A DNA stretch of 64,000 nt from Azolla caroliniana. Lineage: Eukaryota; Plantae; Polypodiophyta. The notes beneath the pieces were generated by a model that saw only the letters and a list, made by a program, of their open reading frames with translations, had not been told where the DNA came from and did not search any database. The stretch lies in NCBI GenBank assembly GCA_043228905.1, contig JBHGNT010000017.1, positions 2,294,001 to 2,358,000 of the forward strand, read 5' to 3'. The translations under genes were made by a program, and so were the position numbers. This document shows positions 63,801 to 64,000 of this stretch, in pieces (the stretch's first letter is position 1; each line of letters opens with the position of its first letter).

Positions 63801-64000
63801 GTACCACTTACTAGCGAAGAAAGTCTCTATTGTACAATCTACTATTACTGTATATAATATATGTGTATGATTGTATGTATATATGTGTACATATATATGC
63901 TTTGTGTGTGTGCGCGCTTTTAATTAACTTATGTGTTTAACCCAAAATCCTACATATCAGGGAAACAGACCGCTCACTGAAGAACCTGTGCTCAGTTTAT

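Noticed and set aside
63945-64000. USE-like ATCCTACATATC followed by TTTAT at the window edge, a possible second snRNA promoter
   Set aside because: The match is imperfect and any transcript would lie outside the window.

Overview
This is eukaryotic DNA, almost certainly a land plant (a non-seed plant is a guess), made of nested transposons with no intact host protein gene. The main finding is two copies of a DNA transposon with about 36-bp TIRs, a 4-bp TSD and a Sola-like DDD transposase. The complete copy (6446-15906) also carries a divergently transcribed, intron-containing gene that fuses a ParB/Srx-like domain to a prokaryote-type beta-class amino-DNA methyltransferase (DIPY ... ILDLFSGTG). 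The first intron of that gene holds an array of 25-bp palindromes (GAACTCGATACG-N-CGTATCGAGTTC) spaced about 51 bp apart, with 13 units in one copy and 5 in the other. Other contents: an LRR receptor-like pseudogene split by a Copia element, a hAT transposon and its MITE inside a (TACA)-type satellite, a full-length L1-type LINE, and two copies of a TG...CA element with a tRNA-like box and CpG-centred 4-bp TSDs. There are also several Copia elements (one with near-identical LTRs), an unclassified transposase fragment and a divergent U2 snRNA copy with USE/TATA elements. All family assignments come from recognising motifs by eye; no database search was run.
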